IMG/VR virus record: IMGVR_UViG_3300033170_000462
Length of the DNA: 64,000 bases
Direction: 5' to 3' (one strand)
Source of the DNA: an uncultured virus (IMG/VR IMGVR_UViG_3300033170_000462)
Lineage: Duplodnaviria; Heunggongvirae; Uroviricota; Caudoviricetes
In this document: piece after piece, positions 1 to 9,001 of the stretch
Position numbering within the stretch: position 1 is the stretch's first letter
How the letters are laid out: each line of letters begins with the position of its first letter
The notes under the pieces: generated by a model
The model's input: the letters and a program-made list of their open reading frames with translations, nothing else
Database searches by the model: none
Told to the model about the DNA's origin: nothing
Position numbers and translations under genes: made by a program

Positions 1-126
1 AAGGCAAAACTCACTATGAGAAAAGCCTACGGTTTTAAGACCCTGAAATGCCTGGAAATCGCGCTATATCATGAACTTGGCAAATTGCCGGAACCTGAGT
101 ATCACCACAGATTTTGCTGACGAGCC
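1..126 (+). mobile_element. Right end of an ISL3-family insertion sequence (transposase C-terminus 1-120 plus terminal IR)
   Basis: Frame 1 reads KAKLTMRKAYGFKTLKCLEIALYHELGKLPEPEYHHRFC*, a typical ISL3 transposase C-terminus (R-x-A-Y-G-F). It is followed by ...GAGCC, the reverse complement of the GGCTC ISL3 end. Confidence 0.8.
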
Positions 127-665
127 TCTTTTGGAAACAATGGGGCGAATGGGTCTCGGAGTTCCATCCGGCGCATGAAACCGCGGTGCAGCAATCGGAC
201 GCTTTTGTTGAGTACGTTGAGGTTTGTGGTCAGGCTGATTATAAGGGCCCGTATATGGCTCGCGTCGGCAAAAAGAAAGCTGGGCGCCTTCTTGATGGCA
301 GTACTCATGACGATTTGCCATGGGTAGTAGTTGAAGGCGTCCAGAAGGAGGCGAAGGTGGGTAAAATTGGATACGAACATGCTGTTAATCTGCTTGGCGA
401 TATCCTCAGCCAAGACGATGGACTGACATTAAAAGCGGACGGGATTTATGTTGTTCTCCCCCCTGAAGACATTCTGAAACTGCTTACGCCTGATGAAATA
501 GCGGCAATAAGCATGCATCCCAAAAATGATTTGACAAAGCCAGCACTAAAATTTCCTTGCACGATTAAGGAATTTGAGTCGTTTGTCGAATTCTTTGGCC
601 TTGATGATGAAGTTGTTCGTGAAAGGATGAAGAAAGTTTGGATTGGAGGGATACTACGATATTGA
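127..665 (+). pseudogene. 3' part of a hypothetical gene, probably interrupted by the ISL3 insertion
   Basis: The protein-like ORF is open back to the IS junction. The track's TTG start at 114 lies inside the IS. Confidence 0.55.
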
Positions 666-864
666 ACTTTTAGAAAAATACAAAAATAACAAACGTTCAA
701 CATCATCGCCAATAACATAAAAAGCAATAGCCGGGGCCGCACTGCATGAAAGCAGAAAGGCGACGGCGCTTGAACAGAGAGCAAAAGCAAAATTGTATCT
801 TATTATTGAAAACGCCAAAGAAGTAGAAATGTTTTCACCTACAAGGATAGAGCGAGGTCCGGTA

Positions 865-1269
865 ATGAAAGAAAATCCCATCGTCTACCGAGTGCAGGAC
901 CGAGACGGGCGCGGCCCCTGGAAGCCCGGTTTTTCCATGGTGTGGGTGGAAGACCGGGAGGATTTGCAGCGCCTATTGCCGTGGTACGAGGAATTCGGGA
1001 GGGTGGACCATCTGGGCATCTACGGCATGGTAATGGGCAGCGCCTGCCGAACCCTGCAACAGCTTCGGCGCTGGTTCACGCCGAAGGAATACGCCACGCT
1101 TCGCCGCCATGGCTACCGTGCTGTGAAGTTGAAGGTTGGCCGGCTGTTGGCCAGTTCGGACGTTCAGTGCGTTTTCGAGAGGGCCAAGCCGCTGAATGTG
1201 GATGTGGAGCCGGTGGAACTTTATCCGGGGTTAAGTGGTTGGTTGGCCACAAACTTGAGGGCATTATGA
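865..1269 (+). CDS. Phage hypothetical protein
   Basis: ORF MKENPIVYRVQDRDGRGPW...; its stop overlaps the next start (ATGA). Confidence 0.65.
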   Translation: MKENPIVYRVQDRDGRGPWKPGFSMVWVEDREDLQRLLPWYEEFGRVDHLGIYGMVMGSACRTLQQLRRWFTPKEYATLRRHGYRAVKLKVGRLLASSDVQCVFERAKPLNVDVEPVELYPGLSGWLATNLRAL

Positions 1270-1511
1270 AAGTGACGAAGTATATAAATGTGGAAACCGA
1301 AGTCGATGTTGATATTAGCCTTGATGACATAGTAGACGCAATCGCAGAGGGTGCAGACACGCATCGAAGCGTGTTGACTGCGTTCAACAACATCTTCAAC
1401 TTCTGGAATGCGATCCCTGACGAGATTGTGGCACAGATCACTGAATCACAAAGGAAGATAATTATTTATCGCATGGATGCCATGGCGGCAAGGCTGATGG
1501 GTAAAGTCTGA
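1266..1511 (+). CDS. Phage hypothetical protein
   Basis: GAGG RBS, ATG at 1266, translationally coupled to the upstream gene. Confidence 0.65.
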   Translation: MKVTKYINVETEVDVDISLDDIVDAIAEGADTHRSVLTAFNNIFNFWNAIPDEIVAQITESQRKIIIYRMDAMAARLMGKV

Positions 1512-1534
1512 GCATACTCCTGGAGGTAGGCACG

Positions 1535-2068
1535 ATGACAGAAAAATTAACAGACAGGCTGAGGGGAATATACCAAATTGGACCCAACGGTATATACGGG
1601 ACAAGAGACTTTTCAGGTTTCCTGCCGCCGATCTGCAAAGAGGCTGCAACGAGGATCGAAACCCTTGAACAGTTATTGAAAGAGGCTCTGCCGTACATCG
1701 AATGCACGACACAGGATCAGAGTAACCTTATTACTGAGATCGGCGAAGTATTGGACATACAGAAGGAAAACAATATGAGAACATCGGGACGAGAGCATAA
1801 CGCATTAATTGAACTGGCAAGCAAGTTTCTTGAAAGTAGCGGTTATAAAGTTATGGAGTTACCTTTTAAGGACGTGCAATTCGACAGTAGTGTTTTGAGT
1901 GGCCTAAAAAGAGCGAAAATAGCCAACCTCGATACACTCCTCGCATTTTCTGAAGAACAACTGGCGCCAGTTTTAAAAAGAAGAAACATGTTCCATATCA
2001 AGGCCGCACTTGCCAAAAAAGGACTTTGCCTGGCGTCGTGTGTAAATCATGCGAACAACGAGACTTAA
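1535..2068 (+). CDS. Hypothetical protein with C-terminal RNA polymerase alpha-CTD-like domain
   Basis: GGAGG RBS. The C-terminus SSVLSGLKRAKIANLDTLLAFSEEQL...IKAALAKKGLCL resembles the alpha-CTD pattern. Possible internal start at 1775. Confidence 0.55.
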   Translation: MTEKLTDRLRGIYQIGPNGIYGTRDFSGFLPPICKEAATRIETLEQLLKEALPYIECTTQDQSNLITEIGEVLDIQKENNMRTSGREHNALIELASKFLESSGYKVMELPFKDVQFDSSVLSGLKRAKIANLDTLLAFSEEQLAPVLKRRNMFHIKAALAKKGLCLASCVNHANNET

Positions 2069-2109
2069 AGCGAATTTAAAAAGACAAAACTATCAGGAGA
2101 CACGTCAGC

Positions 2110-2748
2110 ATGAAAGTCGAACTGCTGGACCATACGAGTCACATTTGCATGATCAAAGCCATCCGCCGTTGCCACAACAGCGAGGCCCGCAGCGATTCCG
2201 ATATGGCCATTGGCCCCAATGACCAGGATCTGATCCGTCGCATTATCGCGCAGGGTCACACGTCGACCCTGGAGCATCTGGTGTTCGTTTTTGATATTGA
2301 TCAGCTTTCGCGGGCCGCCCTCCAAGAGTTTGCACGGCACCGTATCGCGTCACCGTCGGTCAAATCGACCAGATATACCATGCAGGAGATTAAGGACGCC
2401 CGGTGCGAGGACGGGATCGACTGCGGCACGGACCGGTGCGGGATGAGACGGTTTCTGCACGAAAGCGGTAGCGAGGAGATCGACTTTCTCAATTGCCGCC
2501 AACTGTGTGGCGTGGCCGGTCTGCTGCATGAGGGACTGAGCAACGACGTGGCCAAATACGGACTACCGGAGGCGTTCCGAACCAGCTTGATCTGGACCAT
2601 CAACGCCCGCAGCCTGAGAAACTTTTTCACCCTGCGGTCCAGCCCTCGCGCATTGCGGGAGATGCGGCATTTGGCGGACGAGGTGTTTGCTCAAATTCCA
2701 GCGGATTATCGGTTCCTCTTCGAGGACTGCATGGAGGGTGAGGCATGA
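2110..2748 (+). CDS. thyX: FAD-dependent thymidylate synthase
   Basis: ThyX motif RHRIASPSVKSTRY (RHRx7SxR), plus GHTSTLEH and INARSLRNFFTLR. Confidence 0.93.
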   Translation: MKVELLDHTSHICMIKAIRRCHNSEARSDSDMAIGPNDQDLIRRIIAQGHTSTLEHLVFVFDIDQLSRAALQEFARHRIASPSVKSTRYTMQEIKDARCEDGIDCGTDRCGMRRFLHESGSEEIDFLNCRQLCGVAGLLHEGLSNDVAKYGLPEAFRTSLIWTINARSLRNFFTLRSSPRALREMRHLADEVFAQIPADYRFLFEDCMEGEA

Positions 2749-3182
2749 GCGCCATCCTTCTTGCGATAACGGTTCCCGGAGCTCCGATTGCCAAGAAACG
2801 CCCCCGCTTTGCCCGTCGCGGCAAGTTTGTGCAGACCTATAACCCGCAGGAAAGCGAGGAAGGTCGCTGGCTGTGGGAAGCCAAACAACAGTTCCCGCCA
2901 GGATGGGAACCGCTCCGGCGCCCCGTCAAGGTGTCGGCGCAATTCTTTCTGCCCCGTCCCAAGAGCCATTATGGTACGGGCAAGAATGCCGGAAAACTCA
3001 AAGGCTCCGCCCCACTGCTTCACACCAACAAGCCTGACGTGGACAACCTGCAGAAATGGATATTTGACTGCCTCAACGGTTTGGCCTGGGAGGATGATTG
3101 TTGCGTGGTGCAGGTCTTCGCCTCCAAGGAATTTTCCGACCGGCCAAGAACCACCATTTTTATCGAGGATGCCGTAGCTTAA
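2745..3182 (+). CDS. rusA: RusA-family Holliday junction resolvase
   Basis: KPDVDNLQKWIFDCLNGLAWEDD catalytic motif. Confidence 0.9.
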   Translation: MSAILLAITVPGAPIAKKRPRFARRGKFVQTYNPQESEEGRWLWEAKQQFPPGWEPLRRPVKVSAQFFLPRPKSHYGTGKNAGKLKGSAPLLHTNKPDVDNLQKWIFDCLNGLAWEDDCCVVQVFASKEFSDRPRTTIFIEDAVA

Positions 3183-3220
3183 ACCTCGAAATAGAATTAA
3201 CTTTAAAAGGATAAGTACCT

Positions 3221-3664
3221 ATGAGCGTAAATAAAGTGTTGCTAGTTGGAAACCTTGGAAAAGATCCTGAACTGCGGTACACCGCATCGGGTACTGCCGT
3301 CGCCAACTTCAGCCTGGCCACTACCGAACGCTACAAGGATCGGGAGGGCCAGTCCCAAGAAAAAACGGAGTGGCACAACATTGTCGCCTGGCGGCAGTTG
3401 GCGGAAAAATGCGGCAAGTACCTGCAAAAAGGCAAGCAGGTCTACATTGAAGGCCGCATTCAGACCCGCTCCTACGATGACAAGGATGGCAACAAACGCT
3501 ACGTCACGGAAATCGTCGCCGATCAGATGCGGATGCTCGGCCGGGCCGGGGACGAAAACAGCGGGGGCGGAGGTGCGCAACGCCGTGAGCCCAGACAGGA
3601 ACGCCCACAGCAGGGCCAATACGAAGAACCGCCCTTTAACCCCGATGACGACATTCCCTTCTAG
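3221..3664 (+). CDS. ssb: Single-stranded DNA-binding protein
   Basis: [22 protein letters not shown]-terminus and DDDIPF acidic tail. Confidence 0.97.
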   Translation: MSVNKVLLVGNLGKDPELRYTASGTAVANFSLATTERYKDREGQSQEKTEWHNIVAWRQLAEKCGKYLQKGKQVYIEGRIQTRSYDDKDGNKRYVTEIVADQMRMLGRAGDENSGGGGAQRREPRQERPQQGQYEEPPFNPDDDIPF

Positions 3665-3688
3665 ATGGACCCTTTTGAAGGAGGCGAC

Positions 3689-3988
3689 ATGAAAAAAGCA
3701 AATTCGAAATTTCTGGACCCGGAAGAAATGCTCCGCAATTGAAACCGCCCCTTTGTGGTTCGGGATCGTGTGGATCTGCATGCAGCGACGTGGGGAACCG
3801 TTCACCCGCGGACCATGGCAAACCTGGATTGCCTTGGCAAGGGACCTGATGGTCGCTTTCGTGTTGGGCGAAAAGTCCTATATCCGGCTGACAAGTTCTT
3901 CGCTTGGTTTGCTGCTCGTGCCAAACCTTGCATAAAAAGGGATAAGCATAGGGTTAGCGACGGTGGCGAGACCGATGATCAGCAATAG
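3689..3988 (+). pseudogene. Excisionase-like winged-helix protein with in-frame TGA at 3740-3742
   Basis: AAGGAGG RBS and ATG at 3689. One frame reads MKKANSKFLDPEEMLRN*NRPFVVRDR...RTMANLDCLGKGPDGRFRVGRKVLYP. Confidence 0.65.
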
Positions 3989-3998
3989 CAAAAGTTAA

Positions 3999-4032
3999 AA
4001 AAATATAGTTTCCACGTGGAAAATATATTTTT
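3999..4032. promoter_or_regulatory. 34-bp AT-rich palindrome, candidate operator
   Basis: AAAAATATAGTTTCCAC|GTGGAAAATATATTTTT, one mismatched pair, intergenic. Confidence 0.55.
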
Positions 4033-4073
4033 ACGTTCTAAAAAATAGATTTCTGTAACGAGAGGCCAGGACC

Positions 4074-4649
4074 ATGACCCTACAGCAGGTGCGTCAGGAA
4101 TACGGATCGTTTCGGGCGGCAGTGGAGCACTACGCCTCAATAGGCTGCAGCCGCCGCATGGCGGCCGAGTACCTAGGATTTCATATTTCCCATTTCCGTC
4201 GGCTGGTACAGCGCTTCGGACTGTCGCACCTGTTTCCAACGGACCGGAGGCAAATGCTGCCAGAATGCCGAGGCGTCGGGCATCCATCCCGAACCGAGAC
4301 CAACCGACGGCGGGCTGGGGTCAGAATTTCCGCCGACGAGCTGTTGCCGTGGGTGGACTATGCCCGGACCTGCAGGGAATTTCAACGGACGGCGCCCTAC
4401 AGCCTGTCGACGGTTCTGGCCCGGTTTGGCGGCTGGCGGGAGGCCAAACAAGCGGCCCGGGAGCGCCGCTATCTAGCCAGGGAAGAGGGCATGACCGAAC
4501 GCTATGTCAAACCGTTGCGCGGGCCATTTTCAGGACGTCCCTGCCGGGTCCTGGAGCGCGATGCGTTATCAAACCGGCTGTGGCTGCATCTTCCAGATGG
4601 CAGCGTGGATGTTTATGGCGAAGTGGAAGTGGAGGCGGTGAAGAAATGA
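4074..4649 (+). CDS. Putative DNA-binding protein (HTH plus homing-endonuclease-associated-repeat-like motif)
   Basis: SRRMAAEYLGFHISHFRRLV (HTH-like) and SLSTVLARFGGWREAKQAA. Possible second start at 4491. Confidence 0.55.
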   Translation: MTLQQVRQEYGSFRAAVEHYASIGCSRRMAAEYLGFHISHFRRLVQRFGLSHLFPTDRRQMLPECRGVGHPSRTETNRRRAGVRISADELLPWVDYARTCREFQRTAPYSLSTVLARFGGWREAKQAARERRYLAREEGMTERYVKPLRGPFSGRPCRVLERDALSNRLWLHLPDGSVDVYGEVEVEAVKK

Positions 4650-4912
4650 ACGCGTTTTCGGTTGTAAAAAAACGGCAAAGTCGGTATTCTTGCGGGGTCG
4701 ACGTTCAGATTTTGGGTGCAGGAGTACCCTCCCAACCACATACGCATACTCTCGGGAAAGCTACGCCTGTATCCAGGCGTTCAGAGCGGCCCCGTGTTGT
4801 ACTCCTGCGCCGGAATCTGTTGACGTCGACACTCAACACTCTCTCTGCGGGGACAACACGGGGCTTTTTTGCGTTCTGGAGGACGCCGGCAAGGGAAGGG
4901 GGCGACCGATGA
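4646..4912 (+). CDS. Ash-family-like small protein overlapping a structured regulatory RNA
   Basis: GGAGG RBS and ATGA overlaps at both ends. Contains an internal promoter and hairpin, as ash/C4-type loci do. Confidence 0.45.
   Translation: MNAFSVVKKRQSRYSCGVDVQILGAGVPSQPHTHTLGKATPVSRRSERPRVVLLRRNLLTSTLNTLSAGTTRGFFAFWRTPAREGGDR
4662..4690 (+). promoter_or_regulatory. Sigma70-type promoter
   Basis: TTGTAA-17 bp-TATTCT. Confidence 0.6.
4789..4870 (+). terminator. Long hairpin with U-tract upstream of the replication initiator (attenuator / CI-C4-like RNA)
   Basis: GCCCCGTGTTGT ... ACAACACGGGGC followed by TTTTTT. Confidence 0.55.
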
Positions 4913-5745
4913 GGGCTAGGAACATCAAGCCGGGCTTTTTCAAAAATGAGGCTCTGGGGGAAATCGACCCCCTTGCGCGACTCCTTTTTATCGGGCTCTG
5001 GTGCATGGCCGACAAGGAAGGTCGCCTGGAAGACAGGCCAAAAAGAATCAAGGCCGAAATCCTTCCGTACGACTCCAGTAATATCGAGAAATTACTGGAG
5101 CAGTTATGTACTGCTCGGTTTATTGTCCGGTACGAGGATCCCAAGACGGGGGGGCGGTTTATTCAGATTCCCAACTTTGTGAAACACCAGAACCCGCACA
5201 AGAATGAAAGACCGTCAGAAATTCCATGTGTTACAGAATGTCGAGAAATTACTGGAGCAGTACGGGAAAAGCACCGTACTGCTCGGGCTGATTCTCTGAT
5301 TCCTGATTCTCTGATTCCTGATTCTCTGATTCCTGATTCTCTGATTCCTGATTCTACTGCTGCAGCAGATCAACAGGCAGTGGTAGTAGATCCAGAAGGG
5401 GAGGCCCCTTGCCCCGGCCAAGACCACCAGCAACAGCAACAAAATTCGAATGCGGAAAATGTGTTGCGCAAAGCCTGTGCTGAGCGCAAGACGAAGATTT
5501 TGCAGCTGCTGCCCCACGTCGCCCCGGTTTACGATATCGAGGCGGAAAAGTTTGTGCTGCATTTCCTGGGCAAACCACCACGGGCGGACCCTCATGTCGA
5601 GCTGGTCAAGTGGATGCAGCGGGTTCGGAAAGATCCGCCTGCGAACGAGGCGGAGAAACCAAGGCGGCCGTATGTGACAGCGGAAGAGTTGGAAGTGTTT
5701 GAGAAAACAAGGAGGCGGTATGAGCAACACCTCTGCGGGAACTGA
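4909..5745 (+). CDS. Phage replication initiator protein
   Basis: MRARNIKPGFFKNE...ARLLFIGLWCMADKEGRL N-terminal domain typical of phage initiators; internal repeats; lies upstream of dnaB. Confidence 0.85.
   Translation: MRARNIKPGFFKNEALGEIDPLARLLFIGLWCMADKEGRLEDRPKRIKAEILPYDSSNIEKLLEQLCTARFIVRYEDPKTGGRFIQIPNFVKHQNPHKNERPSEIPCVTECREITGAVREKHRTARADSLIPDSLIPDSLIPDSLIPDSTAAADQQAVVVDPEGEAPCPGQDHQQQQQNSNAENVLRKACAERKTKILQLLPHVAPVYDIEAEKFVLHFLGKPPRADPHVELVKWMQRVRKDPPANEAEKPRRPYVTAEELEVFEKTRRRYEQHLCGN
5288..5355 (+). repeat. Tandem 15-bp repeat (CTGATTCTCTGATTC) x4.5, likely origin iterons
   Basis: Exact tandem repeats encoding (DSLIP)n within the initiator gene. Confidence 0.8.
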
Positions 5746-7042
5746 CGCCGGAGAGCTGCAGCGGTCTATCCTGGGGTGCCTGCTGGTATTCCCGGAAGAG
5801 CGCCATACGGTGGAAGCCCAATTGCAGGAGCGGGACTTTCTGGGCGAAAAATATCGGACCGTGTACCGCTACCTGTTGGACAACCCTGATGCGGATCTGG
5901 TAATCGCGTCCACGGCTCTGGCCGGAACGGTTACGCCGGTGGAGCTGTCGGAGTGGATGGGGGGCGAGTTTTTGCCCAACTTCCTGCCCGGGTACTGTCG
6001 GCAGCTTAAGGAGTTGGCCAGAAAGGCCCGGCTGTATAACGCTCTGTCAGAGGTGCGTAGCCAGGCTGACGTTCTGACTGCCGACGAGCTGTACGACCTG
6101 GCCGAACGCACCCTGTTGGAGTTGGCGACCGCCAGTACGCAGGAAATCCGAGATGTTAAAACCCTGGCCCTGAAAGCATTGGACCGCCTTGAACTGCGAT
6201 ACAATAACCGCGGCAAGGTGCTGGGGTTGGATTGGGGATATCGTGGCCTCAACAGCTTGACCGGTGGTGCCCACAGTGGGGACATGATCGTGATCGCTGG
6301 GCGGCCATCCATGGGCAAAAGCGCCTTTGCCATGAACGTGATTGAGAACATGGCCGGCAAAGGCAGCAAGGCGCTGATGTTTTCTCTGGAGATGTCGGCC
6401 GAGCAGGTTATGGACCGCATGATCGCGAGCCATAGCAGAGTGGGGCTTTCCAGGATCCGCAACGGGGAGTTTGCTGACAGTGATTGGCAAGCCATGACAA
6501 CTGGTGTGGGGAAGATAGGTCGCTGTAACATCGGCATCGATGATAGTCCGGCGCTGACGCTGGCCGAACTGAAAAGCCGCGCACGCCAGTACAAGCTGCA
6601 GCATGGCCTGGATGTGGTCATGGTGGACTATATGACCCTGATGAAGACCGAGAATCGCAAAAACGAAAGCCGAACTCGGGAGGTTGGCGAGTTGTCCAGA
6701 GGATTGAAGCAGTTGGCCAGAGAACTGAACGTGCCGGTGATTGTCCTGTGCCAGCTGAATCGCGGCGTCATGAACCGGAAGGACAGCCGCCCGGTCATGT
6801 CGGATCTGCGCGACTCTGGGGAGATTGAACAGGATGCGGACGTGATCCTGTTCCCCTATCGCGAGGCGGCGGAATGTCAACTGTGCCGAGATGGTGTCGA
6901 AAATCACGAGCACAGTACCAAGGCACACCAGATGCGAGCTGAAATCATCATCGAAAAGCAGCGCAATGGTCCGCGCAACGTATCATTGCCTTTTGTGTGG
7001 CTGGGAGACTATCAGCGCTTTGAGGAGATGGCCGGTGATTGA
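5720..7042 (+). CDS. dnaB: Replicative DNA helicase, DnaB family
   Basis: AGRPSMGKS Walker A, FSLEMS, VMVDY, QLNR, DLRDSGEIEQDAD, KQRNGP. Confidence 0.96.
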   Translation: MSNTSAGTDAGELQRSILGCLLVFPEERHTVEAQLQERDFLGEKYRTVYRYLLDNPDADLVIASTALAGTVTPVELSEWMGGEFLPNFLPGYCRQLKELARKARLYNALSEVRSQADVLTADELYDLAERTLLELATASTQEIRDVKTLALKALDRLELRYNNRGKVLGLDWGYRGLNSLTGGAHSGDMIVIAGRPSMGKSAFAMNVIENMAGKGSKALMFSLEMSAEQVMDRMIASHSRVGLSRIRNGEFADSDWQAMTTGVGKIGRCNIGIDDSPALTLAELKSRARQYKLQHGLDVVMVDYMTLMKTENRKNESRTREVGELSRGLKQLARELNVPVIVLCQLNRGVMNRKDSRPVMSDLRDSGEIEQDADVILFPYREAAECQLCRDGVENHEHSTKAHQMRAEIIIEKQRNGPRNVSLPFVWLGDYQRFEEMAGD

Positions 7043-7292
7043 GGTTCGGATTTCGCGGGACGCGGTGGAATTCTGGGATGATGAACGGATGGTGTACGAT
7101 ATCGGTGCCGCGGCCATGGGCGGAGATGCCTGTATCGAGAGGTGGGAGCGTCACCTTGAAAATACGAAACGATGGGTATCTCCAGAGGTTTTAACTACCT
7201 TCCGTCGATTGGCTTGCAAATTGATGGCAAGACGGGAGCGTGCCCGGATGTTTGAGGCGGATCGCCTGGCTGTTTGGAGGGCCGTGCAATGA
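7035..7292 (+). CDS. Hypothetical protein
   Basis: GAGGAG RBS and GTG at 7035; coupled to both neighbours. Confidence 0.55.
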   Translation: MIEVRISRDAVEFWDDERMVYDIGAAAMGGDACIERWERHLENTKRWVSPEVLTTFRRLACKLMARRERARMFEADRLAVWRAVQ

Positions 7293-7891
7293 CCCTCCTC
7301 CCATCCCGTCGATACGGCATCATCTACGCCGATCCGCCCTGGGCCTATCGGGACAAAGCCAACGCCGGCAACCGGGGCGCCGGGCACAAATACCCGACGC
7401 AGAGCGCCGTGTGGATTCGGTCTTTGCCGGTGAACGACCTGGCCGCCGAGGACTGCGCACTGTTTCTCTGGGCCACCATGCCGCAACTGCCGCTGGCTCT
7501 GGAGGTGATGGCCGCCTGGGGCTTCGAGTTTAAGACCGTCGCCTTCACCTGGGTCAAGCGCAACCGGATCGTGCCGTCCTGGTTCTGGGGGATGGGCAAC
7601 TGGACCCGGGCCAACGCCGAACTGGTGCTGTTGGGGACCAAGGGCAAGCCCAAGCGGATTGATGCGGGGGTGCATTCGGTGTTGGACTCGCCCGTCGGAC
7701 GGCATAGCCAGAAGCCGGATGAAACGCGAGACCGCATTGTCCGGCTGCTGGGGGATTTGCCGCGCATCGAGTTGTTCGCCCGAGGGCGTTATCCCGGTTG
7801 GGACGTGTGGGGCCTGGATGTGCCGCAGGAGGAGGATGTGCCGTGCAAAACCTCTTGCAATCCGCCTCAGTTCGTGGCAGATTGCCGGTGA
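7289..7891 (+). CDS. MT-A70-family adenine methyltransferase
   Basis: IIYADPPW, LFLWAT, GMGNWTRANAE, HSQKP, RIELFAR. Confidence 0.92.
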   Translation: MTLLPSRRYGIIYADPPWAYRDKANAGNRGAGHKYPTQSAVWIRSLPVNDLAAEDCALFLWATMPQLPLALEVMAAWGFEFKTVAFTWVKRNRIVPSWFWGMGNWTRANAELVLLGTKGKPKRIDAGVHSVLDSPVGRHSQKPDETRDRIVRLLGDLPRIELFARGRYPGWDVWGLDVPQEEDVPCKTSCNPPQFVADCR

Positions 7892-7924
7892 CTAAGCATT
7901 TTTGTTCAACGCGAGGGAGGCCCG

Positions 7925-8107
7925 GTGAAGGAAAGCACGGAACGCCACGTTCAGAAGCTGATTTCCAGGACCTGCGAAAAGGTTCGCGAAGTCGTTCCAA
8001 AAGCCGTGGACATGGCCGGCGAGACGTTTTCTGGCACCATCACCGTTAAGCTGCACCTAAACTGCGGCGGGGTCGACAAACAGCCGCAAATCGCGCTTGA
8101 GTTTTAG
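7925..8107 (+). CDS. Small hypothetical protein
   Basis: GGGAGG RBS before GTG; 60 aa. Confidence 0.5.
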   Translation: MKESTERHVQKLISRTCEKVREVVPKAVDMAGETFSGTITVKLHLNCGGVDKQPQIALEF

Positions 8108-8359
8108 ATATCCACAGAGGCGGGTACAGGGCAAGGCATGGGGTTGCGCCACCTTCCGAAAGAGGCCGCAACCGGACCCGCAGGAGACAGCCATCCTGAC
8201 GGGCGAAACGAACCGGTGGCTTTCGGGCTCTCCGCCGATACGACGACGCGACGGTAAGACCTCCCCCCGACGAGGGGCTGAACAGGGGGGAGGAGCAACA
8301 ACAGGTTGATGAACGACTGAACTACTGGTGATTCACGGTCCCCTTCGGGTGCGACCGGG

Positions 8360-8398
8360 AGCCCGGCAGGCCTTCACAGGTCTCTGCCGGGCTTTTTG
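8360..8398 (+). terminator. Intrinsic terminator in the leader of the packaging operon
   Basis: AGCCCGGCAG...CTGCCGGGCT followed by a T-tract. Confidence 0.7.
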
Positions 8399-8416
8399 CG
8401 TTTTTGGAGATGGACG

Positions 8417-9001
8417 ATGGCAGGAAGCAGAAACCAGATCGACTGGGAAGCCATCGAGCGGGAATACCGCGCCGATCAGTTGTCTGTGCGCGAAATCGGG
8501 CGCAAATTCGACGTCACGGACGGAGCCATCCGCAAAAGGGCAAAAAAGGAAGGATGGGAAAGGGAACTCGGAGAGCAGGTCCGCAGGGCGGTACGCGAAA
8601 AACTGGTACGCAGGTCAGTACGCACTCCCAACGCGGACCCCAAACGGGCCGTAGACGAGGCGTCAGATGTTGGCGTGGCGGTGATCGAATGCCATCGACG
8701 GGATATCCAAAGCCTGGCCAGGCTGGAGGCAGAACTGCTGCGCGAACTGGCGGACAACCCGACCAAGCTCTATATCACCCAGTACCAAGGCGAGATCGTG
8801 GAGAAGGAAGTCGGTATCGCCGTGACCGAACGGGCGTCTGCGCTGCAGGCTCTGGCAGGCGTGCAACATAAAAGGATCCAGCTGGAGCGCCAAGCCTACA
8901 ACCTAGACGAAAAGGAAGGGCCCTCTTCCGACCTCGAATCGGTGTTGGCCGAGGTGGCACAGCGCAGTAGCAGCCTGGTGAAGGATGGCCAGGACGAGTA
9001 A
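8417..9001 (+). CDS. Terminase small subunit
   Basis: DWEAIEREYRADQLSVREIGRKFDVTDGAIRKRAKKEGW HTH; directly upstream of TerL. Confidence 0.85.
   Translation: MAGSRNQIDWEAIEREYRADQLSVREIGRKFDVTDGAIRKRAKKEGWERELGEQVRRAVREKLVRRSVRTPNADPKRAVDEASDVGVAVIECHRRDIQSLARLEAELLRELADNPTKLYITQYQGEIVEKEVGIAVTERASALQALAGVQHKRIQLERQAYNLDEKEGPSSDLESVLAEVAQRSSSLVKDGQDE

Noticed and set aside
3740..3742. Selenocysteine codon
   Set aside because: The context is a DNA-binding protein with no redox motif, and I could not identify a convincing SECIS. A Trp-to-stop change is simpler.
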